Below, one piece after another: positions 1-12,524 of a DNA stretch of 64,000 nucleotides (position 1 is the first letter of the stretch; each line of letters begins with the position of its first letter). Origin of the DNA: Octopus sinensis (taxonomy: Eukaryota); the NCBI RefSeq assembly GCF_006345805.1, contig NC_043008.1, forward strand, positions 60,822,001 through 60,886,000. The letters run 5' to 3'. Below the pieces are notes generated by a model, which saw nothing but the letters and a program-made list of their open reading frames with translations, searched no databases and had not been told where the DNA came from. A program made the position numbers and the translations under genes.

Positions 1-82
1 TGTTAAATAATAATCAAAAAATATAATTTCAAGCGAGAAATAGCTTAAGTTTTAAGTCGCAAAATCTTTCTGTGAGTTGCTA

Positions 83-113
<31 letters not shown>

Positions 114-599
114 ATGCCTTTTACGTTTGGGAAACAAACTTCTTACCACAAAGCTACTCCTTTATACAAATGTATGTGTATGAGACTGCATGTAGATTAG
201 ATACTCGGAAATTAACAATTCATCGTGCATATTGCGAAGGCAATTTTTCGTACAATTAATTATATTAAGACGAATTAGATAATAGTTTAACTATTACATT
301 GTTATTCCGAAATATGTAGAAAAATTTTACAACTATCAAGCGGAAGGATAACGTACTGAAAACGGAATTTGGTGCTATATTAAAAATGTAGAAGCAGTGT
401 TTCGTGTAAGGAATATATCTTATTAAAATATTTTCATTGTTATTATTGGTATTATTCCGCCGAAATCGCCTTTGTCCGTTCAGGGTCGATGAAATAAGTA
501 CCAGTTAAGCACTGGGGACGTTGTACTCGAATTACCCCATATCTCGAAATTGCTGTTTTTTTTGTCAAAATCTTAAACTATTATTATTGCGATTGTTAA

Positions 600-830
600 G
601 GCGGCGAGCTGGCAGAATCGTTAGCACGCCGGGCGAAATGCGTAGCACTTTTTCGTCTGCCGTTATGTTCTGAGTTCAAATTCCGCCGAGGTCGACTTCG
701 CCTTTCATCCTTTCGGGGTCGATTAAATAAGTACCAGTTACGCACTGGAGTCGATGTAATCGTTCTTTGTCTGTTCTTGTTCGTCTCTTCTATGTTTAGC
801 CCCTTGTGAGGAATAACGAAAGAAGAATAG
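600..830 (+). mobile_element. tRNA-derived SINE, family A, full length
   Basis: A-box-like TGGCAGAATCG and B-box GAGTTCAAATTC, then central GCCTTTCATCCTTTCGGGGTCGATTAAATAAGTACCAG (resembles the MetaSINE Meta domain as I recall it) and tail TTTAGCCCCTTGTG. Near-identical copies at 35552 and 56800. Confidence 0.9.
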
Positions 831-831
831 G

Positions 832-1025
832 TAGCACGCCGGACTATATGCACAATGGCACTATGTCCGTCTTGACAGCCAGAGTTCAATTTTCGCCGAG
901 TTCCACTTCGCCTTTCATCATTTTGATGTCGATAAAAACGTACCATCCAAGTGCTGGAGTCGATAAAACAGACGAGCCCCCCCCCCCCAACAATTTCGGG
1001 CCTTCTACCCATAATAGAAAAGATT
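832..1025 (+). mobile_element. Degenerate family A SINE with the alternative tail
   Basis: GAGTTCAATTTTCGCCGAG...GCCTTTCATC...GATAAAAACGTACCA...CCCCCAACAATTTCGGGCCTT, matching the last unit at 35981-36120. Confidence 0.75.
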
Positions 1026-1344
1026 GTTGTTTAATTTAAATCTAAGTCGTTTTTGGTGGAGCAAACCTATGATAAAATTTGATCTAACTATGTGTATCCC
1101 ATTTCTTAACTCTATTTTATCACAAGCTTTTTGGATATTGAGGTGTGGCTATACAGAAGGACGTTTCCTTCTGGGCCACATGGTATCGGTTTCAGTCCTA
1201 CTGTGTAGCACTTCCGGCAGCTGCTGCTACTATCACTTTATTAGCTGATTTGTCTTACTTCATTTTTGTCCCCATTCTATTTACTCAACAAATCTAGGTT
1301 GTCAACGTTATGACTCATTTTCAAAAAAATAAAATCTTCACATT

Positions 1345-1625
1345 CCCTCTGGTTTACAAGCCTATGTTCAGAGTAGCCCCATTTACACGGGCCATCCTTG
1401 TCACATTCTCCCACCTTTCAGCAAAGTTATTGTGGGGCAGTACTTCCTTCTTCAGTCTCACTTTCCTTTTCAAAAGTCGATGAGAGCATGGACAAAGAGA
1501 AAAGTACCTGTCTTCAGCCCTTTCCATCTCATCTACCACACGACCTCTTTCGCCATGGCATCAGGCAAAAAGAAATCTTGTGTCACATATCAGTAATGTT
1601 GTTCATGTGTGACAACTTGTAGCAA
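1345..1625 (-). mobile_element. Tx1/L1-clade LINE ORF2 C-terminal fragment (second copy)
   Basis: Homologous to 2790-3060 (TGGTTTACAAGC.TATGTTCAG, CACGGGCCATCC, GTCGATGAGAGCATGG). Minus frame reads KRKVRLKKEVLPHNNFAERWENVTRMARVNGATL. Confidence 0.75.
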
Positions 1626-2221
1626 AGGCATTTCAACACATTTGAGAGGATAATACTTCTAGAGACATCGATGTCATCTGTCTCACGGATCACGAAATTA
1701 TGTAACTGAACATTGTAAAACATCTTTTCGGGGTCGTTAAATTAAGTACCAGTGAAACACTGGGAGTAACTGTAATCGACTAGTTTTCCCCCACCTCAAT
1801 TTCAGACCTTGTGCCTTTAGTAGAGATGATATCTCATTTTCATATTGGTTCCATATCATGAATGTGTGTGAGTATGGAATCCGCTTTTCTCGGATTTAAA
1901 TGTGTTTATATTTTGTGTGAATGGTAGGTAGCAAAGCAAAAGGCCAAAGCATTTCTTTTTGCAGTTGTTTTAGAATATATGTTAATTATCGTAAAGTGAA
2001 TGAACTATAGATTATGTTCTTAGATTCTAAACTAATTTGCTTCTAATTATTGGAAGTAATTGAATTCCTATTAGAAACCTTTCACTGTTTAATTACAAGA
2101 AACAAAAAGTCGACAAAAACAACAGCAGGAACAATAATGACGGTGATGAGACGATGATGATGATGATGATTATGATGATGGTGGTGGTTGTGGTGGTGAT
2201 GATAATAAAAATAACTATAAT

Positions 2222-2415
2222 AATGATTTCAAGTTTCGGCACAATGCCAGCAATTTCCAAAGAGGTGGGGTAAATCGATTACATCGAGCCCAGTGTTCAA
2301 CTTGTATGTGTTTTTCGACTCCGAAAAGATGAAAGGCAAAGTCTAACTCGGCGGGTATTGACCTCAAAACGTAGACGGATGAAACGTCGCTAAGCATTTT
2401 ACGAGCTCACCGCCT
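2222..2415 (-). mobile_element. Family A SINE, reverse orientation, decayed
   Basis: Reverse complement of the A head and central domain (GATGAAAGGCAAAGTC...GAGCTCACCGCCTT). Confidence 0.8.
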
Positions 2416-2430
2416 TAATAATAATAATAA

Positions 2431-2467
<37 letters not shown>

Positions 2468-2525
2468 GTAAAATAATAATAATAATAACAATAATAACAA
2501 TAACAACAACAACAATAATAATAAC

Positions 2526-2570
<45 letters not shown>

Positions 2571-2572
2571 TA
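2416..2572. repeat. (AAT)n/(AAC)n microsatellite
   Basis: Read directly. Confidence 0.95.
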
Positions 2573-3780
2573 TTATTTCTTAATTTGCCACAATGGCCGC
2601 ACACAAAAAGAAGGGACGATACAACACAAAGGACAGTAGATGTACATATAGTGTGTGTAAAGAGTAAAAAGTTAATAACATATAACCATAAAAATTCAAC
2701 AACAAAATTTTCCAAACGGAGGAAGGTCCATCTGGGAACTCCACTCATCCTGGACAACTCAGCAGGCACACCTATCTTTCCCAACTCTTCTGGTTTACAA
2801 GCATATGTTCAGAATAAGCGTATTCACACGGGCCATCCTCGCCATTTTCACCTATCCTACAACAAAGTTACTGAGGGGTAGCACTTCCTTCTTTACCCTC
2901 ACTTTCTTTTTTTAATGGAATTTGAAACAGTCGATGAGAGCATGGCTGAAGAGGAAAATATCTATCTTCATTCCTTTTCACCTCGTTCACCACACTACCT
3001 CTTTCAAAATAGCCACCAGACAGTAGAAAACTGTTTTCCCTTCCTGGCCAAAAGGAGGCGGCGGGGCAATCGTCATAATGCTCTCATTGATAACCGGATC
3101 CGCCCTACCTGCGTCAGCAGCTGTTCGATAAAGCTTCGTCTTGCCCAAATACTGCAGAACGGTTTCATCGCCCCGGTCACATCTCGGACATGGCAGCAAC
3201 TCCGAGCATGTACAACTTGTCTCGAACAGAGCTCCTCGGTATCACTCTCAGGCGAGGCATTTCTGAAAATTATCCAAGGGTCCCAGCTCGAAAGTCATAC
3301 GGAAATGACAAGCTGAGTAATCCTTCCCGACGCCCAGATTTTCCTCAAGAACATCATCGTTCTTTCACGCTACTAATTCCCTATAGAATTCAAATGTTGA
3401 AATTTTACCGAGCACATAGCCCGACTAGCAGAAAGCTGTGAGCGCTTGCGGACACTCCAGGTGTGAGACGCTCTTTCTCGGTCTATAGGTTAATCCAGGG
3501 CAGTAGTTCTGTGGAAAACTCTGTCTGATAAACGTCAACCACACCTGCTCACCATTAATGAAATGCTGGAGATGTGGTATCCTCAGCGCATGTCTGTGCA
3601 TCATTAGTTACAGCATACCTAGTCTTCCGCTCAGCGGCTGCTAACAGCAGATGAATCATGTGCCGAGCGGAACACAGAAAACGGAAAACAAGCACTTCAG
3701 CTTGATCAGCTAGGATGCTGGACAAGTGGTAGTTGATGACGGAAGCGATGTTTGAATTCCCCATCTCTGCACGACCATTC
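2573..3780 (-). mobile_element. Tx1/L1-clade LINE, 5'-truncated: zf-RVT region plus 3' UTR
   Basis: Minus-strand translation gives WIIFRNA...VRDKLYMLG...CPRCDRGDETVL and FYCLVAILKEVVW, the L1/Tx1 C-terminal zinc-finger pattern. Stops and frameshifts present. The 3' end abuts the (AAT)n tract. Confidence 0.8.
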
Positions 3781-4019
3781 AGTGACAGCTTTCTCTCTGC
3801 CCATTTCTCAACTGAGAAAATTTCTGATCATTTAAGTTCTACAGCCATTTTATAAGACACTTATTTGTACTGTGTCCCGTTTTACATTTCGAGTTGGAAA
3901 ATATCAACAGTTTTAAAAGTTAATTTCTGCTGGGGACAGCGTATTTCGTTATACAATCGTAATATACTTCGAAGTATACTAAAGGCTTATAAGTCCTACC
4001 GGATTTGTTAATGTAGGAG

Positions 4020-4072
4020 AACTGGTACTGATGAAGGTGCAATGACTCCTGAAATATGGTTATACACCAGTT
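4020..4072 (+). ncRNA. Type I hammerhead ribozyme motif
   Basis: AACTGGTA-CTGATGA(4028-34)-AGG..CCT stem II-GAAA(4051-54)-TA TGGT TA-TA-CACCAGTT. Stem I has 7 bp plus an A.C mismatch next to the cleavage site. Confidence 0.75.
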
Positions 4073-4679
4073 ATATAACTATGTCTGTACTGAAGTGTTC
4101 TGTACTGAAGAAACTTGAAAAAAGTACTATTAATTTCTTTGTTGTCATCGCTACATCTGATTGTCTTTTACATGAATGTTCTGTTAACGTTTCCTTACTT
4201 TACGGTCCATATGTTTTTGCCATATGTTTCCTCATACAGTGTTCATGGAGTTCTCTCCGATTTAAGGTTCATGGACATCTAGTGTGCCTTTGTAGCATTT
4301 ACCAGAATTTTACTAATTGTTGTAGATGCCTATATAGTCATGAATATATCAGTGTACACTCTCGGTCTCATCACTCTTAACTGAGAGGAGCATCCAGGCA
4401 GAAACATCTGTAGAAGCATCCTGAAGCTTCTACAGTTGTTTAGACCAAGACGCATTGCATTATCCAGGCCATGAATTGAACTCACAGTCTTAGGATCCTG
4501 AACATGACACTCGACCACCAGGCCAGGTGCTACTTTTCTATAAAAATGTTACATCGCTTTCATGCTCCTTTACATTTTCTATCATACGACATGTGCTTTA
4601 GATGTAAATGAATAAATTTATCAATAACATTTACCTCACACTCACTACAAGACATACATTTATCCAACAAGACCAATAA

Positions 4680-4880
4680 TAATGATTTCAAATTTCGGGG
4701 TAGGGAATAAATCAATTGCATCGACTCCCAGTACTCAACTGGTACTTATTTTATCAACCACGAAAGGATGAAAGTTAAAGTCGACTGCGACGGCATTTGT
4801 ACCCAGAACGAAAACACGGACGAAATGGTGCTAATCATTCTTGCCCTGCGTGTTAACAATTCTTCCAGCAGGTCGCTTTA
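4680..4880 (-). mobile_element. Family A SINE, reverse, decayed
   Basis: CTGGTACTTATTTTATCAACCACGAAAGGATGAAAG is the reverse complement of the central domain. Confidence 0.8.
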
Positions 4881-5107
4881 GAAAGACCAGTAACATTAGT
4901 GTAATATTTTGCCTGTCATCAACGAAGTTATCTTTCATAAATGCTTAAAAATAAAAAACTTCTTCCACATTATCTTTTGTTGGAACTCATTCTATTACTA
5001 TTTGTAGACTCAATATATTACCAGTTACCGCACACCCTACTTTCTTACTATAAAATCCCACCCACACACATGTAGACACAAACGCACGTAAACATGTACT
5101 AATAATA

Positions 5108-5312
5108 CGAGGTGGTGCTGAAAAGTTCCTGGCTTTGGGTAAAAGTAACTACAGGAAGATCAGTTAATTATGATTTTTTTCAGCACAGATTTGCGCACTT
5201 ATCGCAGTGGTCCTTCAGTTTTTCTAAGCCCTGTAAAGGAACTCGGAAGTTTGGGCCTCTAACCAGGAATTTACTGACATCCTTAAAGTCAGAAACTTTC
5301 CTCACCTCCTTG
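5108..5312. mobile_element. Mariner-type MITE
   Basis: Imperfect TIRs CGAGGTGGTGCTGAAAAGTTCCTGGCTTT / AAAGTCAGAAACTTTCCTCACCTCCTTG, flanked by TA on both sides (5106-07, 5313-14). Confidence 0.75.
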
Positions 5313-7060
5313 TATATGTATGTTGTTTGTTGTATAAATTCATCTATGTTTCCCTATGATTTTCAATTAACATACATACACTCACATAAATATATACACC
5401 TACATATGTGTGTGTGAGTATGTGTATGTGTGTGTGTTATATATGAGGTATATAGGACTTGAAGTTTCGCCTCATAGTTTATACAACTGGCACAGGTTGA
5501 ATAATTCGTCTGGTAAATTTGATGTTCCACTGGAAACAAATTACATAACAAATATATTTTGAATGTTTAGTTTTAAGGTCCTACATCAGTAGAAGGTTCT
5601 GTTAATAGTCTTAAAATTCTTTTAAAATAAGAACACCAAACCGAACACACACGCTCTCTCTCTCTCACTCACACACGCACACATACACATACATACACAC
5701 ACACACACATTCAAAAACGCACGTGAACACACTAGCAACACATTCAAGCAAATATATATGGATCTGTCTGGTCATCATCATCATGACCATCATGACCATC
5801 ATGATCATCATCTATAGATGTTAGTTCCTTCTGTCTTTCTCTCTATTTCCTCTTTTCCTTCGCTCTCCATCTCTTACCCGAAGCGACATTATGGAATGGC
5901 GAATAACTATTCCACTCTCTAACTCTTTCTTTTGTCTTTTTCTTCTCCTCTAAATCAATCAATGAACCGATAAATCAATCTATCTGTGTGTAAATCTATT
6001 CATCCAACTATTGTTCCTCTACTCTCTTCTACTGTCTCTCTCCTCTCTGTCACTCACTCTCACCATCTTCTCTCTTGTCCTCATCCTACTTCCCTCCCCT
6101 TCTCTCCTTCAATCTCTCTCTCTCTCTCTCTCTATCTGCATATGAATGTGTGTGTGTGTGTGAGTGTATTTATATTCACATATACATATATGAATGCATA
6201 TACACGCATACTAAGACACACACACATCTAAGTCTATGTGTGTGTGTGTACGTATGTTTGCATCCGTTGTTGTACGTATGCGTTTATGTATAAACTCACA
6301 TTCCGGCCGTCTACGGCACAACAGCTACATCTCTCCTATCAATCCATTCACCAAGATTGATTCTTATTTATCAATCTCTTATTTCTTCGTTGAACAGGCT
6401 CCATCATTCTGTCTATCACCTTCACAACTTCAGTGGTTAACTATTCTTCTGTCCACAATTCTTACGCTCTCCATTTAATTCCATTCATTCGTTGATGTCA
6501 TCCTCTCCACTCCGTCCCTTCCTACCCGTCTCTATCCAGATATCTTTTCACCTCTTCTATATCTCCCCCCTTCTTCATTTCATTCTTTCTTCTCCATCTC
6601 GCTCTCTCTCTCTCTCTCTTTCCTTCTGTCTGAGATCTCTTGGGTGACCGCTATATTTCTTTTGTTTATTAATATCTTAACGCAGCATTTAGATTAAAGA
6701 ATTAAAATGGTGGTAGGTCATGTAACGTATTGGATTGTTCTTGCCCGTGTCTTCAAGCAGTTTATCCTGATCTACTGAGTACAATGGAAAACTCTTTCCG
6801 TTTCCCTAGAGCAAGTGAAAAAAATTTAACACGTAAATTAAAAACAATTACCCACAATGCATTCATCGTTGAACTTTACTTCCTTATCTCAATTTATTTC
6901 TTATTAAAGCTAAGAAGACGTGCAACGCTGAATTCTAATTATCCCAGTCAAGTGCATATACATAGCGCCACTAACACAAGTCGAACGTGGTTGTTCTACC
7001 ATGGGACCGTTTTCTACAAGTTCGTTTTGCTTCTTCACTGGCAAAATTTAATGATAGGTT

Positions 7061-7270
7061 AAGACGGCGAGCTGGCAGAATCGTTCGCACGTCGGGCAGA
7101 AAGCTGAGCGGCATTTCGTCTCTCTTTACGTTCGGGGTTCAAATGCCGCCAGGATCGACTGTGCCTTTTACTCTTTCAGTGTCGATAAAATAAATACCAG
7201 TTGAGTACTGGGGTCGATTTAATCGACTTAGCACCTACCTCATAATTGCTGGCCTTGTACCAAAATTTGA
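7061..7270 (+). mobile_element. Family A SINE
   Basis: GGCGAGCTGGCAGAATCGTT head, GGTTCAAATGCC B-box and the central domain. Confidence 0.85.
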
Positions 7271-7309
7271 CAGTAGAATTTCGTACCACTTCATGTGGAA
7301 TAAAAAAAA

Positions 7310-7628
7310 GGTGACTCTTTACGGTCATGAATGACCATGGGGTTGCTCCTAGAAAGTTACCCTCTGAGGCACAAGTCCGGGCAAGGTTGTTTATGGAAGA
7401 CCAGCAGTCGCCCATGCATACCAGCCTCCCATCCCTTCTCCAACGATGTTTTCCAAGGGAAAGGCAAAGGCCGATAGAGCATGGCACCAGTGACGCTGCA
7501 ACTCATTTCTACAGCTGAGTGAACTGGAGCAACGTGTCTTGTTTAAGAACACAACACTCAGCCCAGTCGGAAATCGAACTCACAACCCCTCAATGGTAAG
7601 CTCGACGCTCTAACCACTGAGCCATGTG
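7310..7628 (-). mobile_element. tRNA-derived SINE: family C-like head with a different tail
   Basis: Minus strand reads TGGCTCAGTGGTTAGAGCG...GAGTTCGATTTCC, then TTGCTCCAGTTCACTCAGCTG (shared with family C), then a distinct tail ending CCATGGTCATTCATGACCGTAAAGAGTCACCTTTT. Confidence 0.8.
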
Positions 7629-8045
7629 GAATATTCTATCATTAAATTCTGACTATCCTACTTTAAGATGGATGCTTCATTTGACACACCTCATCCCATG
7701 CGGAAATAATTTGCGTTAGGCCACTGACTCTGAAGCTTTCAACCTAAGCTGACGTTGATCGGATGTTTGTCAACTTTAATGCGCATATTTGTCAGCTGAG
7801 TGGTTTATGATAAGACGAAGAAAAGTGCTTTACCCGATCAAACACTTATCCGCCCGGTGCAGTAATTAATCCCATGATCTTATGGTCGAAATCCCAGTTG
7901 CTTAACTAGTAGTCTAGGTAACATGTCTTCTCAGAAAGTGGAACATTTCGCCAATAAGTTACCTAGTTGGAGGTATCATGAATTAGAGTATCTTACATAC
8001 CACTCGAGGTTTCGGTTACATTAAGAGCTTTGTATCTATGTAATA

Positions 8046-8290
8046 TGTGGAGGCGTATAGCTTAGTGATTAGTGTGTTGGACTCATGATCCTAAAATTAT
8101 GGGTTCGACTCCTGTGCTAGGCAATGCGTTGTGTTCTTGAGCAAGATATTTCATTTCGCGTTGCTGCACTTGACCAGTTGGCGAAAATGAATAATCATGC
8201 AACGGACCAGCGTCCTGTCCAGGGAGGAATATTTACGTTGGAGAGAACGGGTAACCGGCCTTATTTTTCTTACGGAGTTATATGGACTAA
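8046..8290 (+). mobile_element. Family C SINE, decayed
   Basis: TGTGGAGGCGTATAGCTTAGTG...GGGTTCGACTCC...TGTGTTCTTGAGCAAG...GCGTCCTGTCCAGGG. Confidence 0.8.
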
Positions 8291-11200
8291 CATTCTATGT
8301 AATATATTATGGAGTGAAACAGTTCAATAGATAGAACGATAGACAGACTGATAGGTAGATAGATAGAGTGAAAGCGAGAGAGAGAGAGAGAGAGAGAGGG
8401 AGAGGAAGAGGGAGAGAAAGGAGAGACAGTTAGACAGATATAGGAAATGGTGGGTGATTTTATATACTAGAATGTATTCAACTAAAAGGCTAGTATGCGA
8501 ATTCTTCTAACACTTGCATATGAAACAAAATGACCAAGTAGAGAATCTGTGTAGCGTTTATTATTCTTTAACGCACAACATATTAAAGATCAAAACGCAT
8601 ATCTGTTACTTGGCCATATTCAACTTTTTATGAATTTAGATTTCAGAGTTATCTCCCATTACCCTCCAGAACCAACCGTTAAAGCCAAAAAATTTTTTTT
8701 TCTACCAACAATTATAAACTTTAATTAGAAATACTTCTCAGCTCGCTACATCAATTGCATTATTCCTTCACCTTTTAAGAAAAATCTTAACTCTACAATA
8801 CTCTCAGTCTATTACGTATGTGTGGAGAAGAGACAGTTAAAGTATGTGATAGAATTACCTCCAATACACATTTATGCTATTCCTGATGAGATTTGTGAAT
8901 CTTATTTAATGTTACAGATTTGGGAACTGAGTATTAGTTCTCTTCATTAGACAATTAAATGATTAAATAATTAAGTTATTATCAATCTGAAATGTCGTAA
9001 TGTGCAAGGAGATTGTAGTCTCCTTTTGTTCTAAATTGATCAGCATTAATCGAACAAATCTATAGACATTCGAGATGTGGCCAACTTCCCTTGTAATGAG
9101 GTTTATATTATCCAGGTACATATTATCTCATGTATCCTTTCGTTACAATACCCCTGTGGTTTGGAAATTTGGTTGTTATTTCTAGCTTATATCAATATAA
9201 TTTGATGTGTCTCTAGAGTAACAAGTATGTTCATACTAAACGAAATGTTGCTTAAATCAGCTAAAGTTATTATTTTGCCCAAGGACAAATGTGATTTGTC
9301 CTTCGGTCAAATGTTATTAATCCACAATCATGCCGCCTTTGTTTTCTTCTAATTTTTAAAAGATAGACTATCACAATTGCATTATCCAATGTATTATTTT
9401 TCTTAAGATTCTACGGTTTGAACGACAATTAGCTCTTAATTGTGGAAAACCTGGAGACATTCACAGACCCCTTAACATTCAGGTTTTAGCCCTCATGCTT
9501 TGTTACGTAAGATATACCGGTTAGCGTTAGATAACGTGACTTCGTATTTTTCGTTCGGCAATAATAAATGGATATTCAGGGGCGAAAGATCAATGAAATT
9601 GTTAGAGCGTCACACAAGATAGTATGCAACATATGTACCAGTCCTTTATATTCTGAGTTCAAACACAAACTAGATACTCAAGGACAGGGTTGTTCATACA
9701 GTCACAAAAACATCCTGTCTAACACTCAAGTGGTCAGTTGGCATGTAAGCTTACAATCAACAAAGATAAACCTACAAGAGTATTTCAGGGTTTAATCCAG
9801 CGGTAGATCAATACAGATGAAATGGAAATGGAAAACGCCGTTAATGAAACAATCCAAAATATTTCAATTAATTAAAATTTCCTTCGCAATGATCAGAGGG
9901 AAATATAGGCTTAGCAGCAAATGTTAATTAAATCTAGTCAAGAGAAACGGATGAGATTTTGGTGATTATTTTAATTACCAATGCACTGGAGAGCCGAAAA
10001 CATTAGCTGGAGTAATAAAATACACTTAGATTGATCTTAGCAAGTATAGGAGTAAATCTAATCATAATTTATAATTATGAAACCTTAACTAGATTTGGCA
10101 AATACACGGTATTCGGCAGATCTGCTGACTAAAATTTATTAACGCAGTGACAGATGGTATTTTACAAGTACTAAAATAGCAGCTACGTTTCCGTCCGATA
10201 CAGAACTTAACCTCAACCCAGGATTTCAGTTGCCTTCTCATCTCATTGATCGTTAGATTTCTTCTCTGATCTATAGTTAACCTTAGCAGATACAATTACG
10301 ATTAGCAAATGCAATGGGTCTATGTTTCAATATCCCGATAGTAAACGTAATTTTAAAGGAATGACTGAAAACATACATTGAATATGTTACAGTTATAACA
10401 ATCAGAGATATATCAATGTATACTTGATACACAAACTATGATTCGATCGATGGAAATCCCTACAAATTATTGCTTCATACATAGAATATGAAATACTCAA
10501 TGTTTAGAAATTGGTTAATTTGATTTCGTATTCTTTTGAAGGCTGGAAGTATCTCACTGATATATATAAAAACCCCAGCACCTTATTTCCTCGTAGTTGG
10601 GCAGCCGTTAGAAGATCCCTCATAGTGATATGATATATCAGTGCTTAAATAAATCGGCAATTGCAAAAATACTTATCAAAATAGGAGGAGTAATTAAGGT
10701 CAGAATTACCAGCTTGGTTTTTTTTTAGTTAAATTTTATCACAAGAATTTTGTTTAGAGATTCAGTTAGATTTTGTTAGCTACGTTTTGGTGCTTATTAA
10801 TTACTGTTTGGTGGTTTCATATCCTCTTGAAATGATTACTTTCCGTAAATTTGTATAGATACGTCAATATATGAAAATATATGCGATAGAGACGCACGCA
10901 TACAAGCCCGTACTTTCATACATGAATGCATATATTCGCTTATACACATACACATATATACATATACGAACTAAACACCTACGCATGTTCTCCCATTCGC
11001 GTTTACTCACAGTTACATGCATAGATGTATACGAACAAATTCGTTTACAAATACATAGAGCAATATCTAAAAAAAATTATACAAGAATTCATCGAATCAT
11101 CGCTAAAGCGATAAAAAATTCGGTAAAACAATTTACGTGGTAATTAAATAAGTTTTTATGTAGAGTAAATACGAAAGAATAGAACCGAAACCACGTGTAA

Positions 11201-11999
11201 GAGAGGTGAGGAATAGCAAACTGGGAATTATGACTAACCAAAGCCAGACAAATTGAAAGTAACAACATTACTCGCAGAGGAGTAAAAAACAAACAAACAA
11301 AGGAAGACCAAATAAAAAGCAAAATTAATGCGTGTTCAGTACAATCAACAGGTTAAGGAAACAAATTATGGCAAGAATTTGCATTGCCCTTTCCAGAAAC
11401 CTAATAGAAAAGCGTTTAAAATCAACTATAGATAGAGAGAGCCATAGAGAATTGTCCTGAAATAAGGCAAACAACAAGAAATCGAGATCGAACACTAAAC
11501 ATTGCAAGCGAGGGCTAACAGAAAGACTCTGTATTCAAAACAATATACAAATCGTACGAATAGAAACAAAAAAAGTGAGAAAAAAAAAAAACACGTGTTT
11601 CAACGCAAATATATGTAGAGAGGAAATACTCCCAGTTCTATCAAATATGATCTCACCTGCATGAAACTGCTGTAAAATAGAAAGCATGCACAATATATAT
11701 ATATATATATATATATACATACATACACAGAGAATGAGAGACACACACACACATATAAACTTAGTGTTAATAAAAGTCAGGTCTGCGTTGCGTACCTTTA
11801 ATGAAAAAGATGGTATATATGGAAATCAATATGAAAAACAAAATGCAATGTAAATGAAAAAAATGCATTGTAAATAAACGACAGGTGAAAAACTTATACG
11901 TATAGTTAGTGTAGGACCAGACGAGATACATAGTGTCTGTAGGTTGAGGGACAGCTTTGATTCCCATCTATTAAATATTTAGATACCAGGACAGAATTG

Positions 12000-12450
12000 T
12001 AGAATGGTACATCATCCGTGTGCAGATGCCACCGACCGACATGGAAGGGATCTGGCCTTTTGCAACGAAATCTCTTCCTGAATACCCTCGAAATCTCCAC
12101 AAACTATTCTTTGTTGACCGCTTTGCCATAGATGTAGATGATGCCCTTGATGTCGTAAAAGCGGTTCACCATAAGTTTCATGGTGGATATGCCAGGATAC
12201 TTCCCCTCGAGACACTGTCCCTTGGTCTCTCAATCATAAGAGTAGGTCCAAATTTCGTCGCAGGTCACCAGAGTCTCAAGTATTCTTGGGTTGCAGGTAA
12301 TAAGCCCGAATATTTCCCTGCTGTCACCAACATGTCTTCCCTTCTCTTCGTCACTGAACACCATGGTACAAATTTTGCACAGATTTTGCATCTGCTCAGA
12401 TATTTATCAATAATTCTGTGTGTATTTGCCACACCAACTCCAGATTGTAT
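12000..12450 (-). mobile_element. Mariner (Tc1/mariner) transposase relic
   Basis: Frameshifted minus translation: KICAKFVP...LETLVTCDEIWTYSYD...KLMVNRFYDIKGIIY...FRKRFRCKRP...WHLHTDDVP, matching the WVP, TxDExW and HxDNAP motifs. Confidence 0.8.
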
Positions 12451-12524
12451 TTATATGATGGAATTGTTATATACAGTGCTCAGGTACACTAAAACTTTAA
12501 AAAAAAGTTGGCATTAGGTATACT

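Noticed and set aside
8880-8925. CTGATGA plus long hairpin; also a possible 24-nt minus exon
   Set aside because: There is no GAAA or stem III, and the exon signals are within chance expectation.
12020-12517. 165-aa plus-strand ORF
   Set aside because: It is the antisense shadow of the mariner transposase relic.
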